Virus record (IMG/VR): IMGVR_UViG_3300042090_002405
Span: 17,288 to 81,287 of that record
Source: a virus
DNA: 64,000 bases
Direction: 5' to 3' (one strand)
Part shown: positions 17,354 through 26,031 of the stretch, one piece after another
How the letters are laid out: the number at the start of each line of letters is the position of its first letter
How positions within the stretch are numbered: position 1 is the stretch's first letter
The notes under the pieces: model-generated
Seen by the model: the letters and a program-made list of their open reading frames with translations, nothing else
Told to the model about the DNA's origin: nothing
Databases searched by the model: none
Made by a program: the position numbers and the translations under genes

Positions 17354-18769
17354 CTACGAGAGCACGATCGCGCTCGGCACCACCGGTACCGCAAGCGCGA
17401 GTTGCAGCGTACGCCCGAAGAGGCCGCTCAGGAAGGTCGGAGCGGGGTTCATCGTCTGAGGGCTCAGGGGCGGGTTAGGAGGAGGGATCGCCGTACCCGG
17501 ATTGACGAACTCCCCCACGAGGGTCTCGAGTTGCGCCGCGTTCGGAGGGGACCCCAACGGCGGAGCGACGAGTTGCGCACTCGAGAGGATTGAGTTGTCA
17601 TTGAGCCCGACCCACGGGCTCGTCAACGTCAATAGTCCAGGGGAGATCGCGGCGATGATGTAGCTCTGAGGGACGCCCCCGAAGGGCGTGTCGACGGTAG
17701 GCTGCGCCGTGAACTGAATTCCCTGGCCCGCGCTGAGGGTGCCTGTCAGATCGGCAGAGACGGGCACGCTCGGCGATCCGGGGCTCAGCGTGAACCCTGC
17801 GGGCAAGATCGGCGCGGAGTTGCCCTGTTGCGCGAGCGCCGCGAAAGACGGCGGCATGTACCCTAACGGCCGAGTGATCAGAAGTTGGGTTTGATCAGTC
17901 AGGAGTTGAAACTGAGCTTGTGAGATTCCGACGGGAATCGCGGGCGGTATCGTCGACAGCTCGCAGAGAGTGATCTGCCCGACGCTGTTCCCGAAGCTCC
18001 CTGCTGTCGCAACAGACATCGAGAGGATGTCGTAGATGTCAACGCTTCCCGCGGCGAGCGTCACGGGGGCGGGGTACTTCCCTGCGAGCGATGTTGTCAC
18101 AGTGAAGGGCCCAGCTCCCGTAGAATCCAGGTACTCGATCGTGACGGACTGCGCGCCCGTACCCGGCGGGATCGCTGGAGTTGTCGGCACGCCGGCGGTA
18201 TCGAGGGGCGACGTCGAGTAGATCGCCGCGGTGACGGCTGGTGCGGGGATCATCACTGCCGCCGTGCCGTCGGCCGAAAACGGGCCCGTATAGGGCGTCG
18301 TTAAAGCAACGAATGTCGGAAAGACCCCAGCGACCGTATAGAACACGCCCGGCTGTGAGGCGAACTGCACAATATTGCCGAGGGAGAGTGACGGCCTTTC
18401 GCTCACCGTTGTGAGGGCGTTCACGTCGCCAGGTGTTGTGAGGAAGAACCCCGGCAACGGCTTCGCCTGCAACAAAGGTCCCGGACGTCCCGGCGGGATC
18501 GCCGTGATAGGCCTACCGGGGAACGATGGCGGCGCGGTCGGCGTGTGCGTCGCGTCCGTGTTCAATACGATCGTTCGCGTGGCCGTCGTCGCCGTATTCG
18601 TCGTCGTGTCGCCCGCGACGGTCAACCCGAAAAGCTGGCCGAGCACAGGATCGGCGACGCCTCCTTGTGTGTAGAGCTCCACGTCGGCTAGCTCGGCTGC
18701 GGCTTGTGCGGGCCCATACGAGGTGCCGGCGACGGAGACGGTGTACGCGAGAGTGATCTGGGACGTCAT
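17354..18769 (-). CDS. Putative virion structural protein with an internal duplication
   Basis: T/A/P/G-rich and beta-rich; LSLGNIVQFASQP..LTTPYTG recurs as LSAGQGIQFTAQP..LTSPWVG. Confidence 0.65.
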   Translation of the reverse strand: MTSQITLAYTVSVAGTSYGPAQAAAELADVELYTQGGVADPVLGQLFGLTVAGDTTTNTATTATRTIVLNTDATHTPTAPPSFPGRPITAIPPGRPGPLLQAKPLPGFFLTTPGDVNALTTVSERPSLSLGNIVQFASQPGVFYTVAGVFPTFVALTTPYTGPFSADGTAAVMIPAPAVTAAIYSTSPLDTAGVPTTPAIPPGTGAQSVTIEYLDSTGAGPFTVTTSLAGKYPAPVTLAAGSVDIYDILSMSVATAGSFGNSVGQITLCELSTIPPAIPVGISQAQFQLLTDQTQLLITRPLGYMPPSFAALAQQGNSAPILPAGFTLSPGSPSVPVSADLTGTLSAGQGIQFTAQPTVDTPFGGVPQSYIIAAISPGLLTLTSPWVGLNDNSILSSAQLVAPPLGSPPNAAQLETLVGEFVNPGTAIPPPNPPLSPQTMNPAPTFLSGLFGRTLQLALAVPVVPSAIVLS

Positions 18770-19067
18770 GCGCCGAGCCTAGCGGATGCCGAAGACGGCG
18801 CCGAGGTCGAAAACGATAGTCGAAGCGAGTAGAGGGCCAGGGATAGCTCTGGGCCTCGCTCGGATCTTGTCCTTGGGCGTGCGTGGGGCATGCGATGGGG
18901 CGGGGTCGGCAGGGGAGCCAGAGACACGCCGTGAGACAACCTGGTATGTGCCCGCGGGATGCGGGGTATGCGTGTTCGAAAGGAAACCACGGCAGGGCCG
19001 GATTTGGCCTCTCGGGGGTACCTAAATTGATTGCTTGCGGCCAACCTTATGGTGCTAAGATTGGCGG

Positions 19068-20357
19068 GTGTCAGATGGTGTAGTATTACGTAGGCGAAGA
19101 CGGCGCCAATGGGCCGCGCCAGGGGCCGTCCCCGTGCGGCGAAAGCGCTACCGCGCGCGCCCGCGGCCGCTACAGGGTCCTAGCGTCGCGCCCCCTTCGC
19201 TACCGTCCGTCGATACGGCGGGGCTCGTGTTGGCATCAAGTGCCCCGACGGTTGATGCGGTTGATGCGGCCCTCGCGCGCGACACTCCCGATGATGTGAG
19301 GGCACGTCTTGCGGTGCGGCAGTATGTGCAATCTCAGCTCTCCCGGCGCAGTAGGGAGAACGCGGTAGACGCGCTTCGTCGCATCGCTCGGATAGCAAGG
19401 AACGACCCGACGGCCCCAGCCGAAGCCTTCCCATGGCCCTCCATCTCCATGGAGATGGCTGAAATGATTCGGCGCGTGCTATCCGATCAGACGTTGCCTG
19501 GAGCGGCCTCGCCGATCTCACCAGGTACAGCCAACCTGACGTTGTCACATCTACGCGGCATCGTGCGGACGATGCACAAGATGGGTCTCATTGGCGAGAA
19601 ACAGCTCTCTATCGCGCAGCCGATGATGATCAAGAACCTGCGAGCGACGCGCAACGAACGCGGAGACTCATTGTCAGTCGACGTGGAGCAAAAACTACGT
19701 CGGGCCGCTCGAGCGCTTGGCGGCTATCGAGGAACGATGCTGAATACGGCTATCGTGGTCGCGATTGGTGCGGGTCTTCGCCGCGAAGAGGTCGCAGGCC
19801 TCATGCTTCACGGTTTGCGTAAGCCGGGGTTGCTGACGGTCATCGGCAAGGGCAACAAGGAACGGGACCATGCGATCGACCCGCAAATGCAGGCCGCGAT
19901 TGACGAATGGATGACGGAACGTGCGAAGCTTCAACCGGGCCATCACAATCTTTTTTGCTCGCCCGATCGCCCTGAACAGAAACTCTCGACCTGGAGCTTT
20001 TGGTCTTTGCTCCGCAAAGTCGCACACACGGCGTTTGGGGGATCTAGGCCGTGCGGGGGCGACTGCCCATGCTTGGATGTGCTAACCGGGCCGCACGATT
20101 TTCGTCGGACGTTCGCTACACGAATGTTCGCTGCTGGCTTCGACATACGCGAGGTGCAAGTGCTCATGGGGCACGCATCACCAGAGACCACGGCTCGCTA
20201 CGACAAGCGAGCCAAGTCGGATCTCTTAGAGAAACGCCGCCGCATGCGAATGTTCACCGTCGAAGAGTCCGTGGGTGAGATCAAAGATCCTGAGGAGCTT
20301 CTCGCGCTCATTCCGAAAGAACCGAAACGACCGCGATCTAGAAGAGGCACATCATGA
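19068..20357 (+). CDS. int: Tyrosine recombinase/integrase
   Basis: Full catalytic set: GLRREE, GKGNKER, HDFRR, LMGH, TARYD; true start may be downstream. Confidence 0.93.
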   Translation: MSDGVVLRRRRRRQWAAPGAVPVRRKRYRARPRPLQGPSVAPPSLPSVDTAGLVLASSAPTVDAVDAALARDTPDDVRARLAVRQYVQSQLSRRSRENAVDALRRIARIARNDPTAPAEAFPWPSISMEMAEMIRRVLSDQTLPGAASPISPGTANLTLSHLRGIVRTMHKMGLIGEKQLSIAQPMMIKNLRATRNERGDSLSVDVEQKLRRAARALGGYRGTMLNTAIVVAIGAGLRREEVAGLMLHGLRKPGLLTVIGKGNKERDHAIDPQMQAAIDEWMTERAKLQPGHHNLFCSPDRPEQKLSTWSFWSLLRKVAHTAFGGSRPCGGDCPCLDVLTGPHDFRRTFATRMFAAGFDIREVQVLMGHASPETTARYDKRAKSDLLEKRRRMRMFTVEESVGEIKDPEELLALIPKEPKRPRSRRGTS

Positions 20358-20404
20358 ACGCGTGGGCGAACGGGGTGTGTCTAGTTCCGCACGTCCGGCG
20401 GCCG

Positions 20405-20620
20405 TTACTCGTCCTCGTAGCCTTCTCCCTTAGTCGACACCATTTCCACAACTACCAAGCCGAACATGACGAGGACAAGAATGGGCCACCCGATGGTAGC
20501 GACCATTACCCCGGGCCACGTACGGGCAATTCCCTTTCGCGAGATGAACACGAAGACACGACCGATGAGCAAGTACAGAAATAGCAAGAGCCCAGCAAGA
20601 GCCCCAGCATCAAAGCGCAC
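20405..20620 (-). CDS. Small two-TM membrane protein
   Basis: Two hydrophobic helices. Confidence 0.6.
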   Translation of the reverse strand: MRFDAGALAGLLLFLYLLIGRVFVFISRKGIARTWPGVMVATIGWPILVLVMFGLVVVEMVSTKGEGYEDE

Positions 20621-20629
20621 CTCGAAAGA

Positions 20630-20887
20630 TCAGAGTGACTTTAGCGCGTACACTCCGGTGATCGCCCCCGAGATGCTCGTCACGGCGTTCGCCACCCCCG
20701 CCACCGTCGCAAGAACATCGAGCAGCTTCTGCCAGACTTCCGGCCCCTCCGTGACAGCGGCGGTCGCGCGAGACGCGATCACAAGCTTTCGTTCCTCGTC
20801 GGTGCCGTCGAGGAGCACGGCGGCTTGCTCCTCAGAGAGCCAAGGGGCCGCGACGATCATCTGCGCGACGAGCTCGGCGCGGGTCAT
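20630..20887 (-). CDS. Small membrane-associated protein
   Basis: RBS AGGAGAG; hydrophobic C-terminus. Confidence 0.6.
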   Translation of the reverse strand: MTRAELVAQMIVAAPWLSEEQAAVLLDGTDEERKLVIASRATAAVTEGPEVWQKLLDVLATVAGVANAVTSISGAITGVYALKSL

Positions 20888-20960
20888 GATCGGCTCTCCT
20901 CGATCGCCCAGAGGAGAAGACCTATCGCGCAGCCTAGGGTGAAGGCCAAAAGATGCATGG

Positions 20961-21227
20961 CTATTGGGGGCAACCGGCGTCGATGGGATCGGTCGCCGTC
21001 GGCGTGATCCGGTGTCGTGCTTGGATTGCTCGCGCGGCGCACACGTTTGCCAGATCAAGAATGCGTCCGACGCCCCCCTCTTGCTGATGACTTGCAGCAA
21101 GAACCGACAGCCGCACCTCTTGGTCGAGCGCGGCTTTGTCCTCCGCATAGAGCTGATGACACGCGAGGACGGACATCGTAGCGGGGAGCGCCGATAGCAC
21201 GGACAGGACGATGAGCTCTCTTTTCAC
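20961..21227 (-). CDS. Putative lipoprotein/secreted protein
   Basis: MKRELIVLSVLSALPATMSVLAC signal with lipobox-like end. Confidence 0.55.
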   Translation of the reverse strand: MKRELIVLSVLSALPATMSVLACHQLYAEDKAALDQEVRLSVLAASHQQEGGVGRILDLANVCAARAIQARHRITPTATDPIDAGCPQ

Positions 21228-21361
21228 AGCGTTCCCCCGTCCTCTACGGTCCATGTCCCCTGCGGATAGCAATACGCCCACGCAAGCGTCATCGCCACGG
21301 TCATGATGATGCAAGTCACGACGGAGAGGAGAGCAACGTTGCTCCAATCCTTTTGTGTCAC
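21224..21361 (-). CDS. Small single-TM protein
   Basis: GTGA overlaps; one hydrophobic helix. Confidence 0.45.
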   Translation of the reverse strand: MTQKDWSNVALLSVVTCIIMTVAMTLAWAYCYPQGTWTVEDGGTL

Positions 21362-21557
21362 GATTGCACCATCGATCGGGGTGTGTCCGGCTTCCGGCAA
21401 GCCTCGAGCACCGCCATCTGTACGTGCGGAGGGAATTCGGCGAGCCAGCCAAAGCACCGTCGAAGAAGGTTCGTCGAAACGTTCAACGATTCGGCGCCTT
21501 GGGCGAGGATCGAGGGGCTATAACGTTGCGGATCGAAAGGCATGGAAGAGCGCGGAT

Positions 21558-21776
21558 TTACTCGCGCTTGCGTGAGGATGCAAGAGGCGCATCGAGGATC
21601 AACTGCTCGAGCGTCCCCGACCGCGTCTGTACACGCTCCGTTGCGAGTTTTTTTAGATGCGCGAGGGCCTCGCGCGAAAGCGTGAACGTCGCCATTTGAC
21701 GGGTTCGCTGCTCGTTGGTGCGGGTTGGGGTGCCGGAACGTCTTCGCAGCGAATCGGCCCCGGACATCTCCAGCAT
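21558..21776 (-). CDS. RHH-like regulator
   Basis: MATFTLSREALAHLKKLA...TRSGTLEQLIL. Confidence 0.55.
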   Translation of the reverse strand: MLEMSGADSLRRRSGTPTRTNEQRTRQMATFTLSREALAHLKKLATERVQTRSGTLEQLILDAPLASSRKRE

Positions 21777-21796
21777 CTTCTTCGTTGGTCTCACGA

Positions 21797-22063
21797 CTAA
21801 ACCTCGTCGTCGGATCGAGCGGTTCGGGTGGCTCGTTCGCGTAGCGAGGCGACGACACCGCGGTTGTACTCTGCGCATGCCCGATCGAACGCGCTAGTTC
21901 CCTCTTTGACGCCCCACTTCTTGGCGCACGCGGTCGCTCCCATCGCGTTGATCGTTGATTCGTTCCATCCGGCGGATTGCGCGGCAGCCTCCTCCGCTCG
22001 CTCTGCCCGGGTCACGCGGTCGCGGGCGGCCATGAGTCTGGTGCGCAGGGTTTCCCTGTTCAT
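21797..22063 (-). CDS. Hypothetical protein
   Basis: RBS GAGGTG, ATGA overlap. Confidence 0.6.
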   Translation of the reverse strand: MNRETLRTRLMAARDRVTRAERAEEAAAQSAGWNESTINAMGATACAKKWGVKEGTSAFDRACAEYNRGVVASLRERATRTARSDDEV

Positions 22064-22302
22064 GACCGCACCTCGTCCAGGATCCAGCCGAGTCGTTCCC
22101 TGACGCGCGCAGGGACCTTTGCCTCGGGCACGAGTTCCCACTCCCCACCGCCGGTCTGGGGCCCGCTAACCGTCGCCCCGAATCCGCCGTTCCACGAGCC
22201 GTCCTCGTCGGCGAGATAGAACCCCCATCGCGAATCGGGGTCAGGCACCTGCACGAGCCAGGTTCGGCCAGAGCGAACGTAACCGAGTGCCGGCGCGTTC
22301 AC
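22060..22302 (-). CDS. Hypothetical protein
   Basis: RBS GAGGTG, GTGA overlap. Confidence 0.6.
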   Translation of the reverse strand: MNAPALGYVRSGRTWLVQVPDPDSRWGFYLADEDGSWNGGFGATVSGPQTGGGEWELVPEAKVPARVRERLGWILDEVRS

Positions 22303-22668
22303 GACGCCACCTCGGCCGCCCGCTCAGCGTCGGCGCGTGTCGCATAGACTTCGATCGTATCGTCGTCTACGTAGCCGGCGAGCAGATTGATCGTCGTACG
22401 AAACCCGCTGTCGGATCTCGTGCACCGACGCCTCGACCTCCGCTTCCGCCACCGACGTAGGCAGGGAAGTGTCGATCCACCCGTCATCGTCGCGCGTCGT
22501 CACGACGACGAGCGGCTGAAGGCGCTGCTCACACGAAACATCTACGTCGGTCCCGGGGAACGCCTCGGCAATCGCCTCGGCGAGCGCCGTCTCGTACGCC
22601 GCGAGGTCGTCTGACGTGTAGTCGCACCCCCAATCGAGGGTGTCCCGCACCACGATCGAGCGGCTCAC
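22299..22668 (-). pseudogene. Acidic small gene with a frameshift/deletion near 22400
   Basis: N-terminal part is in the 22324..22668 frame; the coupled C-terminus (…AERAAEVAS*) is in another frame. Confidence 0.45.
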
Positions 22669-22901
22669 GACGCCACCTCGTCAGCCGCTTCGCAGTGCGC
22701 AGGGAACTCGTCGGCCTCCTCACAATCGGCCCAATCCGCCTCCTCAACTTCCGCGCGGATCCAATCCCCTTCACCGGGGTATCGCCCGGTCTGTATCTGG
22801 CCCACGAGACGCATCACTCGATACAGTTGCCCGTTGCCCGGCACATAGGCGCCAACCGTCGGCAGCCCGTTCCCTCGCGCGCAAATCACTGCCTCGATCA
22901 T
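22665..22901 (-). CDS. Acidic hypothetical protein
   Basis: RBS GAGGAGG; first gene after the palindromic promoter. Confidence 0.6.
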   Translation of the reverse strand: MIEAVICARGNGLPTVGAYVPGNGQLYRVMRLVGQIQTGRYPGEGDWIRAEVEEADWADCEEADEFPAHCEAADEVAS

Positions 22902-22940
22902 CCCCGCATCCTCCTCGGAGCCCCGCGCCCCACGAGAAAG

Positions 22941-23013
22941 AACATAGCGCGGTACGTACCGCGCGCAAGCCCGGCGGGTCGGTTTCGGACGGATGTTCAG
23001 GTACGTACCGCGC
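22941..23013 (-). promoter_or_regulatory. Leftward promoter with an 18-bp palindromic operator and a second operator copy
   Basis: TTGCGC-16-TATGTT; GCGCGGTACGTACCGCGC at 22947-22964; GGTACGTACCGCGC at 23000-23013. Confidence 0.65.
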
Positions 23014-23017
23014 AGCG

Positions 23018-24070
23018 CTAGGTCTTCGGCCACCCTGCCGCAAGCCCCTGCGTGGCGAGCTGGATCGCCTCCGTCTTCGTCAGGACGAACCCCGCCGAGG
23101 ACAACCCCGCGACGGCCCAGCTCTGGGCCTGTGCGAGCTCCACAGCGGCCCCAGGGGTCGCCCGCGCGGCCGCGGGGGCCGGCTTCGGGGGGAACAGCGC
23201 GACGACCGCCGCAACCGCCTGTGCGTTGCCCCCGAGGGCGACCCATTTGTCGGCCTGATCGGCGACGTGGCGGCCGTGGCTATCGAATCCCGTCTTGTTG
23301 AACTGGAGCGCACTGAAGGTGACGAAGCATTCGGGATCCACACTAGCCACGAAGGCCGAGCTCACCCACGCCCATGAGCCCCACGTCCATACGCGGTAGA
23401 AGCCGTTCAGGGACGTCCCGTTGCTCGAGTCGTTTGGGCCGGCGATGTCCGCGAGGGCCGAGTAGTGGCCGTTGTTCGGGTTGGGCGTATCGGCGTTCGG
23501 CCACACGGTTCCCTGTGCGAACCCTGCGAGAAAGTCGTCCGGGACGCTCCATGCGAGGCAGATGCCGTAGAACTGATCTTGACAATACTGCGCAAGCGGA
23601 ACGTTCGTCACGTCGACGTCGAGGTGATCCGCGATCACTGCCGTCGAGTCCCCCGCGATTCCTCCACCGGCCGGGGTCCAGATGCCGGAGGGTCCAACGA
23701 GCATGTCTTCGTCAGTCCCGTTGTCTCCGCCGCTTACGCTTTCATATTGGCTGATCAGGGCGGCTTGATTGACGGATATCTCTGCGAATCCTGGTTGCCC
23801 CTGGCCATAGGTGCGAATCTCGTCGATGTGCGCACACATCACGGGGCCGCAATCGCCATACTGATTGTTGCCAAGCATAGGACAAGAGACTGTTGCGTTA
23901 CCTGTGCAGTCTACAGGTAACACTGTTGTGGGCGGCGCGACGTGTCCAACAGGCAATACCGCTTTCGCCATCGGCTTCTTGCGGCGAAGCAGATCGCGGT
24001 GGTGAAAATGGACCCACGTCCCGTGCTTAGGGAGCCATACCTTTTGTGAGGTGGACGTTTTCGAAGCCAT
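23018..24070 (-). CDS. Papain-fold cysteine peptidase-like protein
   Basis: MLGNNQYGDC (nucleophile), NGHY, VWTWG. Confidence 0.6.
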   Translation of the reverse strand: MASKTSTSQKVWLPKHGTWVHFHHRDLLRRKKPMAKAVLPVGHVAPPTTVLPVDCTGNATVSCPMLGNNQYGDCGPVMCAHIDEIRTYGQGQPGFAEISVNQAALISQYESVSGGDNGTDEDMLVGPSGIWTPAGGGIAGDSTAVIADHLDVDVTNVPLAQYCQDQFYGICLAWSVPDDFLAGFAQGTVWPNADTPNPNNGHYSALADIAGPNDSSNGTSLNGFYRVWTWGSWAWVSSAFVASVDPECFVTFSALQFNKTGFDSHGRHVADQADKWVALGGNAQAVAAVVALFPPKPAPAAARATPGAAVELAQAQSWAVAGLSSAGFVLTKTEAIQLATQGLAAGWPKT

Positions 24071-24085
24071 GGTTTTCTCCCTTCT

Positions 24086-24748
24086 CTATTCCTTGTGCCG
24101 GATCGAGCGGAGCTTCACGCGAAAGTCGGGATCCTCGAGAAGCGCCGCGACCTTTGTGGACTTAATCACCAAAGTCCCCGCATCGCCCGCCGGCCCGTTC
24201 GTCCAAAGATCGATGATGTTCGCGATTTCTTGCGCCGTGATCATGCCGCACGAAGTGCCGACCGCCGTTGCGATGTCCTCGAACGTTGTTGTACCGGCTG
24301 CGACGGCTGCTGCGATGGCCTCCTCTACGCAAATCGTCACCTGGCCCACGTCGGCGGTAACGGGAGCAACCTTGTTACAGCCCGCGACAGCGGCAGCGAC
24401 GGTTTCGTGCGCATGCGCATGCGATGGCTGTGTACGGGGCAACGCAAAGGCCAGCAAGATGAGCGCTGCCAGAGCGTAAATCATCCGCAAGGCGGCGGGC
24501 GCTTTCGTCTCCGCGGGCGGTGTGGGCGCAGGAGGCGGCACTACGGGCGGGGTGTTCGGCGGGACGATAATGCTCCGCGCGACGAGCGCGATCACGACCG
24601 CGACGAGCCCGCCCCAGGGGCCTAGCTTCGTCAGATCGAGGCTTCCCGGCTGAAGGAGCTGCTGCCCGACGGCGGTGACCAGAAGCGTCAGCACGGCGGC
24701 GAGGTGGGCCGAGTTGAGAGATACGCGCGAGCCTAGTTTCAGGTTCAT
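24086..24748 (-). CDS. Holin-like multi-TM membrane protein
   Basis: Two N-terminal TMs, Pro linker, third hydrophobic segment. Confidence 0.55.
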   Translation of the reverse strand: MNLKLGSRVSLNSAHLAAVLTLLVTAVGQQLLQPGSLDLTKLGPWGGLVAVVIALVARSIIVPPNTPPVVPPPAPTPPAETKAPAALRMIYALAALILLAFALPRTQPSHAHAHETVAAAVAGCNKVAPVTADVGQVTICVEEAIAAAVAAGTTTFEDIATAVGTSCGMITAQEIANIIDLWTNGPAGDAGTLVIKSTKVAALLEDPDFRVKLRSIRHKE

Positions 24749-24768
24749 CGGTCGAAGATACTACAAGA

Positions 24769-24966
24769 GTGCGCGCCTTCGTACTCCTCTTGGCCCTTCT
24801 GTCGGCTTGCGGCATGTGGGCGCAGACAGGGAGCATCTACCGCGGGAGTTGCGTCCACGCGGGCGTACGGCCGGCCAGTGACGGGGGCGGCGACTATGCC
24901 GTGACCTTGCAGGTCAGCACGGACTTCCCCCTCTGCAAGAACGTCTACCCGTCTCGTGGACGTTAG
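24769..24966 (+). CDS. Possible small lipoprotein (antisense to neighbours)
   Basis: MRAFVLLLALLSA-C lipobox; fills the gap between two minus-strand genes. Confidence 0.45.
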   Translation: MRAFVLLLALLSACGMWAQTGSIYRGSCVHAGVRPASDGGGDYAVTLQVSTDFPLCKNVYPSRGR

Positions 24967-25667
24967 CGGGTCGGGGCAACCGTTGTTGCCGCGTGTTTTG
25001 CTTCGCTCGCGCACCAAGCCAGAAGGGGGCCCGCTGTCGAGATCCCCGCGAGCACCGCCAGCACGATCTTCAAATTTCGAACACGATTGCGCGAAAGCTT
25101 TTTGATCGCCTGTTCCGCCTCTGCTGCTGCGCGGGCTTGTTTCCTTTGCGCTTCCTCGGCGCCTTCCGCGCGTGCTTTGGACAAGGCGGCCTCTTTTTCT
25201 GCCGTCTCGCGCGCCTCGTGCAGCTCGTTGATCTGATCTTGGATCTGCGCGAGATAGTCGGGCTTGATTGTCCACGAACCCGTGTCCGACGGCTTGCCGG
25301 GGGGCGGCATCACCGAGCGCATGCCGTGGACGCTGCTGTACGCGCCAGGGTATGGCGAAGGTCGTCGCTTGGAGGACTCTTCGTCGAGGCGCTTCTCGAG
25401 ATCGTCTGTCCGCTTCGCCATCAAATTCACGAGGCGGTGTTGCGAGGTAATCTCTTCGCGGAGGGCCTTGAAATTTTGCTCGTCGCGCTGCGAATGCGCC
25501 TCGATGGTTGCAGATAGGCCCGTGTGATTTTTCACGAGCTCGTTGCGCAGAGCATTCGACTCGGCGCGATACTCGTGCGCTGTGACAGGGCGCCGATTTG
25601 GATCCGCTAGGGTCTGGTAGAGCGCGTGGATCATCTCCTCTTGGCTCAGCAGCGGCGGGGACGGCAT
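24963..25667 (-). CDS. Coiled-coil protein with a C-terminal TM (lysis/membrane)
   Basis: RBS AAGGAG; heptad regions; IVLAVLAGISTAGPLLAW. Confidence 0.65.
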   Translation of the reverse strand: MPSPPLLSQEEMIHALYQTLADPNRRPVTAHEYRAESNALRNELVKNHTGLSATIEAHSQRDEQNFKALREEITSQHRLVNLMAKRTDDLEKRLDEESSKRRPSPYPGAYSSVHGMRSVMPPPGKPSDTGSWTIKPDYLAQIQDQINELHEARETAEKEAALSKARAEGAEEAQRKQARAAAEAEQAIKKLSRNRVRNLKIVLAVLAGISTAGPLLAWCASEAKHAATTVAPTR

Positions 25668-25869
25668 CCTCAGCTCCTTCGGCGGAAACGGCAGCAACGG
25701 CGACAGAAACGGAATCCTCCCCAAGTGTAGAGCGCCCCTCAAGATACCGCCGGCCTCTGCCGGACCCGCCGTCGTGAACATTAGGGAGCCTCGTTTCGCT
25801 CCGAGCGTACTCCGGGCGGGACGCTACAGCTACCGTCTCCTGCGAGGTGGTTTGCGGTATGCTTTTAGC

Positions 25870-26028
25870 ATGCGAACCTCATCCATATGCCGCCGGTGCC
25901 ACCGCCTTCGGGCCGTAGACGAGACCCGAGCCTGTGCGACGTGCGTGGCGGAGCTCCGCGCGCAGGAGCGCCGCCGTCCAGCACCCCCACCGCCCACGGT
26001 GGCTGTCGTGCCGGAGAAGCCGACCTAA
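25870..26028 (+). CDS. Small Zn-finger protein
   Basis: CRRC...CATC. Confidence 0.45.
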   Translation: MRTSSICRRCHRLRAVDETRACATCVAELRAQERRRPAPPPPTVAVVPEKPT

Positions 26029-26031
26029 GCC

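Noticed and set aside
18770-19067. attP or dif-like site
   Set aside because: No dif consensus, tRNA fragment or arm repeats recognisable
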